DNA of 60,904 nucleotides from an uncultured Bacilli bacterium (GTDB lineage: Bacteria; Bacillota_I; Bacilli_A; RF39; UBA660), in assembly GCA_944332435.1 (NCBI GenBank), contig CALVJW010000004.1, positions 1 to 60,904 on the forward strand, in the 5' to 3' direction. The translations under genes and the position numbers were made by a program. The notes under the pieces are model-generated. The model was given only the letters and a program-made list of their open reading frames with translations, did not search any database and had not been told where the DNA came from. This document shows, one piece after another, positions 18,399-27,384 of the stretch. How positions within the stretch are numbered: the stretch's first letter is position 1; each line of letters opens with the position of its first letter.

Positions 18399-19436
18399 GT
18401 GAGTGAAGATGTAATCGAAAAAAAAGAAAAAATAGAATTAATTATCACAATATTATTTGGTTGGTTAGGAATTCATAAGTTTATTGACAAACAATATGGA
18501 TTAGGATTAGTTTATTTTTTTTCATTAGGTTTATTTGGAATTGGATGGATATATGATATTTGTGCTTGTGTTTATTATTCATCAGATTCTTTTAAGTTAA
18601 TTAAGAATAGCATAAAAGAAAACACTAAAAAATGTAATGAATTAAATGATCATATTGAAGAACTAAAAAATACTTACGCTGATATAAAACGTATAGATTA
18701 TGGAACAGCTAATTATTATGATAATAGTAATTGGAATTATAAAAGACCTGCATTAAAAAAATATCAAGAAGCAAAAAATGTTTATAATTGTTCTAGAACT
18801 GTTTGTAGTAATGCTCGTATGCAACCGTTTAAATATATTTGTAAATATTTTAATATAAAAGCAACTGAAGAAAATTTAGAAAAATTTGAAAATGTACTTA
18901 ATGATTTTGATGCAGCAGAGCAAGGTAAAAGTTTATTAAAAAATGAAAGAGATGAAATTGTTAATAGTGTAAGTGATAAAATACCAATTTGGATAAAACT
19001 TTTTAATAGGACTAACATGATTAAAAAGTTAGGTTTTAATTCAATTGATTTTAGTCAACTATATTTTCCAAGATATACATTTAATTACATAAGTTCTGGT
19101 GGAAATAGTTCAATGCAATGCAGTATTGTATTTGATATAGAAAATCTAAATAAATTTGTTGAATATCTATCAAGTATCATAAAGTTTAAAAAAAGTGCAG
19201 CTGGACAAAGAGCATTAATGACAAGTAAATTAAGAGAACAAATTAAAAAACGAGATAATTATACTTGTTGTAAGTGTGGAAATTCTATAGAAAAAGAACC
19301 TAATTTATTATTAGAAATAGATCATATTATTCCAATATCAAAAAATGGATTAACTACAGAATCTAATTTACAAACATTGTGTTGGAAATGTAATAGAAAA
19401 AAAGGATCTAAACTTGATGACTCTGAAACAAATTAA
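18399..19436 (+). CDS. TM2-domain membrane protein with a C-terminal HNH endonuclease domain
   Basis: N-terminal 'GWLGIHKF..KQYGLGLVYFFSLGLFGIGWIYD' is TM2-like. C-terminal 'CCKCG...LEIDHIIPISKNG....NLQTLCWKCNRKKG' is an HNH motif. GTG start behind AAAAGAGGTG; TATGATATAAT -10 upstream. Confidence 0.75.
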   Translation: MSEDVIEKKEKIELIITILFGWLGIHKFIDKQYGLGLVYFFSLGLFGIGWIYDICACVYYSSDSFKLIKNSIKENTKKCNELNDHIEELKNTYADIKRIDYGTANYYDNSNWNYKRPALKKYQEAKNVYNCSRTVCSNARMQPFKYICKYFNIKATEENLEKFENVLNDFDAAEQGKSLLKNERDEIVNSVSDKIPIWIKLFNRTNMIKKLGFNSIDFSQLYFPRYTFNYISSGGNSSMQCSIVFDIENLNKFVEYLSSIIKFKKSAAGQRALMTSKLREQIKKRDNYTCCKCGNSIEKEPNLLLEIDHIIPISKNGLTTESNLQTLCWKCNRKKGSKLDDSETN

Positions 19437-19475
19437 AAATTTTGTTGATATATACCTAATTTAATATCCCAAAAC

Positions 19476-19499
19476 ACCTATATTTTTATAGGTTTTTTT
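19476..19499 (+). terminator. Rho-independent terminator after the TM2-HNH gene
   Basis: ACCTATA-TTTT-TATAGGT hairpin followed by TTTTTT. Confidence 0.7.
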
Positions 19500-19515
19500 A
19501 TCAGGATAAGAGGAT

Positions 19516-19577
19516 GGTACCACCATACTTATTTTCGCCTTATTTTAAACTGAAAATTGTGGTACCAAACTTATTTT
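19516..19577 (+). repeat. Two direct copies of GGTACCA-(1-4 nt)-ACTTATTTT, 45 bp apart
   Basis: Copies at 19516..19535 and 19561..19577. The second runs into the palindrome TTTTGCA-CT-TGCAAAA (19574..19589). Confidence 0.6.
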
Positions 19578-19934
19578 GCACTTGCAAAATTCATCCAAAA
19601 ATCAATAAAAATATTGATTTTACCCTTTAAAAATAAGTCATTGATATATCCCAACCTTAACAAAAGGTTATTTAAAATTGGGATATCTATTATTTTGATA
19701 AAAAATTAATTAACACTTAATTATGTATCCAAAAAAGTATCCGAAAATTATCCTTGTTATACATCTAGTTACAATATAAAATGTAGTAAAGTGGAATTAA
19801 TAGTATAATTTCATTTTTTATTAGGAGTGATTTTATGTTGTTTATAATTGGAAAATATAAAGGTTTGCTGTTATTAAGAAAGGCTTGTATAGTCTTTTTT
19901 ATTTTGTATTAACATAAATTTAATAGTGATTAAT

Positions 19935-20105
19935 ATGAATAAATATAAGATAAATATTATATATAATGATTCTGGTCCAAATATAAATGACATATTAATT
20001 AAAACTTTAAAAATAGAAATATCAAAAAATCTTAAAAACATGATTTTGAAAAATGATAAAAATGTGCTACCGTTAAATAGTACTTATTTATCTCGTAGAA
20101 AGTGA
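19935..20105 (+). CDS. Small ORF (56 aa) immediately upstream of the recombinase gene
   Basis: Encodes 'MNKYKINIIYNDSGPNINDIL...'. The stop is 6 nt before the recombinase ATG. Weak RBS; not in the ORF track because it is under 60 aa. Confidence 0.3.
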   Translation: MNKYKINIIYNDSGPNINDILIKTLKIEISKNLKNMILKNDKNVLPLNSTYLSRRK

Positions 20106-20111
20106 GGTTAA

Positions 20112-21680
20112 ATGAATAAAGAGATAAATATACTTTCTAATGTTGGATTATACATTAGACTATCACGCGAAGATGATGATAAAATTGAGATGAGTGAAAG
20201 TATTACAAATCAAAAAAGTTTATTAACTCAATATGTTAAAGAAAATAATTTAAGACTTGTTGATATTTATATTGATGATGGATATAGTGGTACCAATTTT
20301 GATAGACCAGAATTTAAAAGAATGATAGATGATATTTTAAAGGGAAAAATTAATATGGTTATTACCAAAGATATGTCCCGTTTAGGACGAGATTATATTG
20401 GAACAGGAGAATTAATTGAAAAATTTTTTCCAACTCATGGAGTTAGATATATAGCAGTTACTGATAATATAGATACATATTTAGATAATTCCAATAATGA
20501 TATTGCGCCTTTTAAAGCTATAATGAATGATATGTATGCTAAAGATATATCTAAAAAGATTAAATCAAGTTTAAGAGCAAAACAAAAAGAAGGAAAATGG
20601 GTAGGGGGGAGAACGCCTTTTGGCTATAAGAAAGATCCTAATGATAAAAATAAATTAGTAATTTTTGAAGAGCAAGCCGTTATTGTTAGAAGAATATTTG
20701 ATATGTGTTTAGAAGGATTATCATGTCATAAAATAGCTTTAAGATTAACAAATGAAAAAATAAAAACACCAGCAGAATATTATAGTTTTGAATGGAAAAA
20801 TAGTTATCATTTTAATTATGGATTATGGCATGCGAAAACAATTAGAGATATTTTAACGAATAGAATGTATATTGGTGACTTAGTCCAAAACAAAAGAAAT
20901 AAAGTTAATTATAAAATAAAAAAGATTATTAAAAACAATCCCAAAAATTATATTGTTGTAGAAAACACTCATGAACCTATTATTGAAAAAGAAATATTTT
21001 ATGAAGTACAAAAAAGAATTCCTAAAAATGTAGGGAGAAATGAAAAAAAAGAAACACATTTATTAGATGGCTTATTATATTGTGGTGATTGTGGTCATAG
21101 ATTATCAATTACATCAAGAAGGAAAAAAGATAACAGATGTTATACAATATGTAATTATTATCGAACTTATATGAAATATCATGTATGTACAACTCATTCC
21201 AATAATTATGATGTATTAGAAAAAGCCATTATAGATACACTAAAGGAATTATGTATAAATTATATTGATAAAAAAAAGATAAAGGAAGAAACATTAAAAA
21301 ATATAAATATCGATAATAAAAAAAGTATAAAAAAAGAGATATCGGTACTTGAAAATGAAATCAATAACATTAATAGTAATTTAGATAACATCTATCTTGA
21401 TAAATTAAATAAAGTGATAACCGAAGAACAATTTAATAGGGTTAAAATTAAGTTAGAAAATGGATTAAAGATGAAACAAGATAGATATATAGAATTAGTT
21501 AGTAATATTAACGAAAAAAATAGTAATGAAGTGTGTCATAAAAAAATAGAGAAGTTTATTGATGAATTTTTATCGATGCAAAAGCTTAATAGAGAATTAA
21601 TTGTCAATTTAGTTGATAAAATAGAAATATTTGAAGATAAAAGTATTAAAGTTAGAGTTAGTTATAATGAAAAGGAATAA
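20112..21680 (+). CDS. Large serine recombinase
   Basis: Resolvase catalytic region 'LYIRLSREDDD...SITNQK', then 'DDGYSGTNFDRPEF', 'VITKDMSRLGRDY', recombinase domain 'GGRTPFGYKKD', zinc ribbon 'LLYCGDCGHRL' and a C-terminal coiled coil. 522 aa. Confidence 0.92.
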   Translation: MNKEINILSNVGLYIRLSREDDDKIEMSESITNQKSLLTQYVKENNLRLVDIYIDDGYSGTNFDRPEFKRMIDDILKGKINMVITKDMSRLGRDYIGTGELIEKFFPTHGVRYIAVTDNIDTYLDNSNNDIAPFKAIMNDMYAKDISKKIKSSLRAKQKEGKWVGGRTPFGYKKDPNDKNKLVIFEEQAVIVRRIFDMCLEGLSCHKIALRLTNEKIKTPAEYYSFEWKNSYHFNYGLWHAKTIRDILTNRMYIGDLVQNKRNKVNYKIKKIIKNNPKNYIVVENTHEPIIEKEIFYEVQKRIPKNVGRNEKKETHLLDGLLYCGDCGHRLSITSRRKKDNRCYTICNYYRTYMKYHVCTTHSNNYDVLEKAIIDTLKELCINYIDKKKIKEETLKNINIDNKKSIKKEISVLENEINNINSNLDNIYLDKLNKVITEEQFNRVKIKLENGLKMKQDRYIELVSNINEKNSNEVCHKKIEKFIDEFLSMQKLNRELIVNLVDKIEIFEDKSIKVRVSYNEKE

Positions 21681-21716
21681 TTAATACTATAATATGTATA
21701 TATGGGAGGAGTTAAG

Positions 21717-22289
21717 ATGAAAATACCATTAAGATTTCAAATTACAGAATTTGACTGTGGAACGTTAGCATTGCAAAATGCTATTAGTTATTTATTTGAA
21801 AGAGAAACAATTCCAGCTGAAGTTATAAGAGCAATCTCTAAATATACGCTTGATTGTTATGATGATTGTGGAAATATTGGTCAAGGTGGAACGAGTAAAG
21901 AGGCTGTTGATAAAATGACAAAATGGTTTTGTAATTATGTAAAAAAACATAATTTTAAAATTGAAGTTCAACATTTACTCGGTGTTGATGTAAAACTAAA
22001 AGAAATTGAAGAATGTATAAGTAATAATGGGTGTGTTTTATTAAGAACGTATCAAACGGAAGAACATTACGTTTTAATAACAAATATTGATGATAATTTT
22101 GTATATTTATGGGATTCCTATTATTTAGACGAAAATTATTATGAAACAGATACAGAGGTTAAAATTGTTTTGGATAAACCATTTCATTATAATTGTGTTA
22201 TTACTAGAGCAAGATTACTGAGCAATACTAAAGATGATTTTGCTTTAGGCCCTATAGAGAATAGAGAATGTGTATTATTTAATAAATAA
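21717..22289 (+). CDS. Stand-alone C39-like (papain-fold) cysteine peptidase domain protein
   Basis: 'Q..EFDCGTLALQNAISYL' matches the Q-x5-CG pattern, followed by 'EEHYVLITNIDDN' (His then Asp), as in C39 bacteriocin-processing peptidases. No ABC transporter domains. GGGAGGAG RBS before the ATG at 21717. Confidence 0.6.
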   Translation: MKIPLRFQITEFDCGTLALQNAISYLFERETIPAEVIRAISKYTLDCYDDCGNIGQGGTSKEAVDKMTKWFCNYVKKHNFKIEVQHLLGVDVKLKEIEECISNNGCVLLRTYQTEEHYVLITNIDDNFVYLWDSYYLDENYYETDTEVKIVLDKPFHYNCVITRARLLSNTKDDFALGPIENRECVLFNK

Positions 22290-22291
22290 AA

Positions 22292-22303
22292 TCTATCATA
22301 AAT
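22292..22303 (+). repeat. Right terminal inverted repeat TCTATCATAAAT
   Basis: Exact reverse complement of 18265..18276; lies 3 nt inside the right CAAG core. Confidence 0.85.
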
Positions 22304-22306
22304 ACT

Positions 22307-22456
22307 CAAGGACATATTTGTCCAATTCATACTTATGTAATAAATCGTCATATTTATAATCATACGTATACACCACAATTTACTTGTTCAGAAGAAAACC
22401 AAGTTGTTAACAATGACCCAGGTTGCTGTGGTGGAATGACAAATCAAAATTTTTAA
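22307..22456 (+). pseudogene. cotD: 3' segment of the split CotD-like spore coat protein gene (no start codon of its own)
   Basis: The open frame reads 'QGHICPIHTYVINRHIYNHTYTPQFTCSEENQVVNNDPGCCGGMTNQNF*'. This is colinear with the CotD C-terminal half ('VPHIHP.HT..VNH..Y.H.HY.PHT.S..N.V.N', from memory). No ATG or RBS; the frame continues from the left half across CAAG. Confidence 0.75.
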
Positions 22457-22530
22457 AAATAAAAAGGATTTCCCTTTTTATTTTTTTTGATATATGGTAA
22501 TATGAGGTAAATAGAATGTAGGTGTTTTTG

Positions 22531-22929
22531 ATGAAAGTGTTAACTATTAAAGAACCATGGGCAACTTTAATTATTGATGGATATAAAAAATATGAATTTC
22601 GTAGTTGGAAAACGTCTTATCGTGGAAAAATATTAATTCATGCTGCTATGAGTTTAGAGAAAGATGTGATGGAACGATTCAAAGATTATTCATTAAATTG
22701 TCAAAAGGGAGCAATCATAGGGGAAGCAGAACTTCAAGATTGTATTTTAGTTGATAAGGAATTTAATGAAAGATTACGTACCATTGATCCGGTTGTTTAT
22801 GGAAAAAGTAATCACACAGAAACTTATGCATGGAAATTAGAACACGTAAAAAAATATAAAAATCCGATTCCAATAAAGGGAAAATTAGGATTATGGAATT
22901 ATGACGGTGAGATAAAAAATGACATATAA
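22531..22929 (+). CDS. ASCH domain protein
   Basis: 'MKVLTIKEPWATLIIDGYKKYEFRSW' is a typical ASCH N-terminus; about 130 aa. Confidence 0.7.
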   Translation: MKVLTIKEPWATLIIDGYKKYEFRSWKTSYRGKILIHAAMSLEKDVMERFKDYSLNCQKGAIIGEAELQDCILVDKEFNERLRTIDPVVYGKSNHTETYAWKLEHVKKYKNPIPIKGKLGLWNYDGEIKNDI

Positions 22930-22995
22930 AATGCACCTATAAAAGAAACTATTTGAATTAATTTCAAATATGAAAAAGACATCCGCTTGGATGTT

Positions 22996-23649
22996 TTATT
23001 TTTCATGTAAGTATTCTTCTAGGGTTATTTGTTTTTTATAAATGGTAGTTGCAACCTCTTTACCGACATATCGATAATGCCAAGGCTCATATTTAAATCC
23101 AGTAATATGCTCTTTTCCACTAGGGTACCTCATAATAAAGCCATATTTATGTGCATTTTCTTTCATCCATGTAAAAGCTTTTGTTTCTGCAAATCGATTA
23201 TAATCCATATTTTCTCCCATTACATCAATTGATAGTCCAGTTTGATGTTCAGAATGTCCTGGTCTAGCACTACAATTATCCGCATATTTTTTGCCTTTTT
23301 CTCTTACGTAGTATTGATATAAATTTTTTTGATAGTGATAACTCCGAAAGGTTGATACTGCAATAATTTGATAGCCCAATTGTTTGGCATCACTACTTAA
23401 TTGTTCAAAAGCTTTTTTTACTTCTTTTCTTATATATTTATAATCATTTGCATACATAACATCTATCTTTTCTAAATCATAGGGAATATAGTTACTAGGT
23501 AAACAGTGAAATTTATTTACAAGAACTAAATTGGAATTAGGATTTTTAATTAGAGTTATATTTTGATAAAACTCTCTTTTTTGATTATCGTGGTTGACAG
23601 TTAAAATAAGAAGAATAAAGAGAATGATTTGTAGTCTATTTTTATACAT
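22996..23649 (-). CDS. M15B (VanY-type) D-alanyl-D-alanine carboxypeptidase family protein
   Basis: 'SARPGHSEHQTGLSIDV' and 'EPWHYRYVG' zinc-peptidase motifs, with an N-terminal signal or anchor sequence. Confidence 0.85.
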   Translation of the reverse strand: MYKNRLQIILFILLILTVNHDNQKREFYQNITLIKNPNSNLVLVNKFHCLPSNYIPYDLEKIDVMYANDYKYIRKEVKKAFEQLSSDAKQLGYQIIAVSTFRSYHYQKNLYQYYVREKGKKYADNCSARPGHSEHQTGLSIDVMGENMDYNRFAETKAFTWMKENAHKYGFIMRYPSGKEHITGFKYEPWHYRYVGKEVATTIYKKQITLEEYLHEK

Positions 23650-23700
23650 AGTATCACCACTATAATATATGCGAAAAGAAAAAAGAATCCTTTCGGATTC

Positions 23701-26046
23701 TTAATTTTCTAATTGCTTATCTATTTTTTGATAGAAGAAGGTGGAAAAAATTCCAAATAGAATCACGGTTATGACAGATAAAATGGATAATATGATAAAC
23801 ATTTTGAAACTAATGATTGTGAGACTATAGAAATTTTGCATAAAAATGATTTGTAGTAAAAATAGAATTATCATACTAATAAAGAGTGTTATTTTTAATG
23901 GATTGAATGGTAAGCATAAATAATAAAGTAGGATAAATCCAGTAATCGCATTCATCATAACACAGAGTGTAGAAGTTACGGTGTCACTGAAATGAAATAG
24001 GTGAGAGCAAATCATAATTGCTACAATATTTAGTACAACTAAGATAGCTGTTGGTAATGACTTACTTAATACATTTTTAAAGAAATTACCTTGAATACGA
24101 TTTTTATTAGGTTGAATTGCAAGAATAAAAGAAGGAATTCCAATAGTAACGACACTTGTTAATGTTAATTGAATTGGCATAAATGGATAATTCATTTGTA
24201 AAAAAATGAATAGAATTGCTAAGATGGTAGAGTAGGAAGTTTTTGTTAAAAATAATGTCGCTGATTGTTCTATATTATTGACAGTTCTTCTTCCTTCATC
24301 GACAATTTTAGGCATGGCAGAAAAGTTAGAATTGAGTAACACTAATTCTGCAATATTTTTAGCTGCATCACTACCATTTGGCATTGCAATACTACAATGA
24401 GCTTCTTTTAAAGCAAGTACATCATTAACTCCATCTCCTGTCATTGCAACGTAATGTTTATGTTTTTTCATTGCTCGAATTAAATCTCTTTTTTGTGTTG
24501 GAGTAACCCTGCCAAATATTGTATATTTCTCACTTGCTTCTTGTATTTCTTTTTCAGTATGTAAAGTACTCATATCAATATAATTTTGATAATCTTCAAT
24601 TCCGGCTCTTTTAGCAATTCCTGCAACTGTTTTGACATTATCTCCAGAAATGACTTTAATTTGAACATCTTGTTTTTTGAAATATTGTAATGTTTCTTTG
24701 ACGTCATCTCTAATTTTATCTTGAATATATAATAATGCATATAATTCTAAGTCTTCAGGAATCTCTTTTTCCTTGATTTCTTTTGTTGTATGAGCAAGTA
24801 CTAGAATACGATATTCTAATAAGTCGTTTTGAATGATTGTCTCTAATTTTTGATAATGTTTTTTTAATAGTATCTCAGGAGCTCCTAGGTAAAAGCTTCC
24901 TTTTTTTTCAAACGAACAAGCGGAAAATTTAATGTCTGAAGAAAATGGTATTTTTTTAGTACAATTCCAATTTGATGGAGTACGATAATTTTCTTTGATT
25001 GCTAAAATGGTGGCATTACTATCTTCGATATGTTGACAAAATGCATTCATAATGTCATCAATTTCTTCTTTTCGATGTTTCTCTAGGGGAATTGTTTTTT
25101 TGAATTCCATTTTACCTTCAGTTATTGTACCAGTTTTATCTAAACAGAGTGTATCGATACGAGCTAATGTTTCGATACAATACAAATCTTTTACTAATAC
25201 TTTATATTTTGATAGACGAATGACACTAACGGCTAAAACAGTGCTAGTAAGAAGGACAAGTCCTTCGGGAATCATTCCGATTACACCAGCAACAGTATTT
25301 ACTACTGCTGTCTGTAAGTTGTTATCAGGAATTTGTAATTGATTTAGAAATAAGATAATACCAATTGGAATAATAGCAATGGAAATCCATTTAATAATGA
25401 TATTTAGTGATTGCATTAAAATAGAACTACTAGGTTTATGATATTTTGCTTCACATGATATTTTGGCAGTATAATTATCTATTCCAATGTGTTCTACTTT
25501 TGCTCTTACTTTTCCACTTACTAGAAAACTACCGGAGCGTAACATTTTACCAGCATCTTTATATTCGGTATCAGATTCTCCAGTAATAAATGATTCATCT
25601 ACTTCACAATTACCTTCCATAATAATGGCATCTGTTACGATTTGTTCTCCAGGTTTTATTTCTAATACATCATCTAAAACAATTTCATCAATAGCAATTT
25701 CTTTTTCTTTTCCATCACGAATAACATGAACTTTACTAGCAGAGATAATTGATAGATTATCAATTTCTTTTTTTGCTCGAATTTCTTGAATAATACTAAT
25801 GATTGTATTACAAAATACAACTCCTAAAAATAATAAATTTTTATAAGAATGGACAAGAACGATTAAAGTTGCAAGTCCAAAATTTAATAAATTGAATAAT
25901 GTAAAAATATTTGTCAAAATGATTTGTTTAATTGTTTTAGTTGGAACAGAAGTATCATAGTTTACTAAATTATCATGTATTCTTTGTTCTACTTGCTCAC
26001 TTGATAGCCCAAACGTAGAACTAGGTTGATATCGAATATCTTTCAT
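23701..26046 (-). CDS. Cation-translocating P-type ATPase
   Basis: 'CLDKTGTITEG' phosphorylation site, 'TGES', 'MTGDGVNDVLALKEA' and about 10 TM segments. Confidence 0.9.
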   Translation of the reverse strand: MKDIRYQPSSTFGLSSEQVEQRIHDNLVNYDTSVPTKTIKQIILTNIFTLFNLLNFGLATLIVLVHSYKNLLFLGVVFCNTIISIIQEIRAKKEIDNLSIISASKVHVIRDGKEKEIAIDEIVLDDVLEIKPGEQIVTDAIIMEGNCEVDESFITGESDTEYKDAGKMLRSGSFLVSGKVRAKVEHIGIDNYTAKISCEAKYHKPSSSILMQSLNIIIKWISIAIIPIGIILFLNQLQIPDNNLQTAVVNTVAGVIGMIPEGLVLLTSTVLAVSVIRLSKYKVLVKDLYCIETLARIDTLCLDKTGTITEGKMEFKKTIPLEKHRKEEIDDIMNAFCQHIEDSNATILAIKENYRTPSNWNCTKKIPFSSDIKFSACSFEKKGSFYLGAPEILLKKHYQKLETIIQNDLLEYRILVLAHTTKEIKEKEIPEDLELYALLYIQDKIRDDVKETLQYFKKQDVQIKVISGDNVKTVAGIAKRAGIEDYQNYIDMSTLHTEKEIQEASEKYTIFGRVTPTQKRDLIRAMKKHKHYVAMTGDGVNDVLALKEAHCSIAMPNGSDAAKNIAELVLLNSNFSAMPKIVDEGRRTVNNIEQSATLFLTKTSYSTILAILFIFLQMNYPFMPIQLTLTSVVTIGIPSFILAIQPNKNRIQGNFFKNVLSKSLPTAILVVLNIVAIMICSHLFHFSDTVTSTLCVMMNAITGFILLYYLCLPFNPLKITLFISMIILFLLQIIFMQNFYSLTIISFKMFIILSILSVITVILFGIFSTFFYQKIDKQLEN

Positions 26047-26138
26047 ATGACACCTTCTTTCTTTTTCATTATAACATGTTCTAGTAAGACATTAAAGAAG
26101 TGTGACAAAATTGTTAGAAAGAAAAGAAGCAATTTTAA

Positions 26139-27299
26139 TTACTTCTTGTTTAGATAATATTCATAATATTCTTCGTATGTAATATTTTCTTTCTGAATCT
26201 TTTCTGCCATTTCTTTTCCAACATAACGATAGTGCCAAGATTCATAATGATATCCCGTAATATATTCTTTTTCTTTTGGATAACGTAGAATAAATCCATA
26301 GCGATAAGCATTATTAATTAACCAAGTAAATTCACTTGTTCCTTCAAAAGTATCAAAATTACTACGATTACTTGTAATATCTAAAGCGAGTCCTGTTTGA
26401 TGTTCAGAATGCCCTGGTCTAGCAGAATAACTATCTGCCCATTCTAATCCATGTTCATTTTGATAGCGATTATAGATAATATTTTGTGTTTCATAACTGA
26501 GATATCCAGAAGTAATACTAAGTAGAAGTCCTTCTTTTTTTGCATCTTGTTTCATCTGTTGATAAGCATCGGAAACTTCTTTTTTTGCATATTCGTTTCC
26601 TTCTATGATTACTAAATCTTCGGGTACATAATCTTTATCTAGTTGATAATATTTATTAACTAAGATTAAATTTCCTTTTTCTAAATCTGTTTTTTTAATA
26701 TTGGTGTAAAATTCATAATCTAAGTTGGCATTTACTTCTCTTACTATATCAACGGTATCTTTTTTTGTCTTATTGTAATAATTGATATAACGAATCAAGT
26801 GATCTTCTATATAATATTTTTCTTTTTGTAGTAGGGGAATAATATCAGAATATGGAATATTAGCATTTACGAGTGTTACGGATGTATTTGCATCTAATTT
26901 AGAACGGCTAGCAAATGCCATGTATTCTTTGATTTTCTTTTCATTATATTCATTATTTTCATCTAAATCGTTATTAATAATAAATACTGTTTCTTCACTG
27001 GTTGTTTTATGTGATTTTTGGTAAACAAAATATTCTTTAAATTGGTTTTTATTAAATTCTTCTTCTTTAATTAATGATTGGATATTTTTGTTGTAATCAA
27101 TTGTTTTAATTGTTTCAATATCTTTTTGGTTCAGTGTTTTAATTAATTTTACTTCTTCTTTATTATAACCAATTTTCTTTAATTGATAATCATCTGTTTT
27201 TTGATATTCTAAATAGCGATAAAAATTAATACCACCAATTATGATTAAAAAAATAGTTATAATAAGGAGTATGATATTTTTCGTCTGTTTCTTTTTCAT
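26139..27299 (-). CDS. M15B (VanY-type) carboxypeptidase family protein with TM anchor and long spacer
   Basis: 'SARPGHSEHQTGLALDI' and 'ESWHYRYVG'. Start moved to MKKKQTK behind AGGTGAT. Confidence 0.85.
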   Translation of the reverse strand: MKKKQTKNIILLIITIFLIIIGGINFYRYLEYQKTDDYQLKKIGYNKEEVKLIKTLNQKDIETIKTIDYNKNIQSLIKEEEFNKNQFKEYFVYQKSHKTTSEETVFIINNDLDENNEYNEKKIKEYMAFASRSKLDANTSVTLVNANIPYSDIIPLLQKEKYYIEDHLIRYINYYNKTKKDTVDIVREVNANLDYEFYTNIKKTDLEKGNLILVNKYYQLDKDYVPEDLVIIEGNEYAKKEVSDAYQQMKQDAKKEGLLLSITSGYLSYETQNIIYNRYQNEHGLEWADSYSARPGHSEHQTGLALDITSNRSNFDTFEGTSEFTWLINNAYRYGFILRYPKEKEYITGYHYESWHYRYVGKEMAEKIQKENITYEEYYEYYLNKK

Positions 27300-27384
27300 T
27301 CTATCACCTAATAATATTATATAGAAAAGGATAGAGTAGTGCAAATCTTTTTTAGATAAAAACGTATGAGTTTTTTCATACGTT

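Larger units (their letters stand above)
18254..22310 (+). mobile_element. Serine-recombinase intervening element inserted in the cotD-like gene (4053 bp between the two CAAG cores)
   Basis: CAAG occurs at 18254..18257 and 22307..22310, each with CAA read as an in-frame codon. Perfect 12-bp terminal inverted repeats lie at 18265..18276 and 22292..22303. The insert carries a large serine recombinase. Confidence 0.8.

Noticed and set aside
18086-18448. Listed 120-aa minus-strand ORF covering the cotD 5' segment and the left junction of the element
   Set aside because: It is antisense to a short ORF that has a strong RBS and a recognisable CotD-like sequence. Its own product is low-complexity and Ile/Phe/Ser/Tyr-rich, typical of antisense reading in AT-rich DNA, and it has no RBS.
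19516-19523. TGGTACCA in the element's non-coding region as a relic of a tRNA 3' end att site (it resembles the ...GGCTGGTACCA end of tRNA-Leu at 39331..39341)
   Set aside because: The match is only 8 nt with no extended tRNA-like sequence around it, which is too short to separate from chance.
22187-22378. Listed 63-aa minus-strand ORF spanning the right junction of the element and the cotD 3' segment
   Set aside because: It is antisense to both the C39-like gene end and the CotD-like frame. It has no RBS and its composition looks like a translation artefact.
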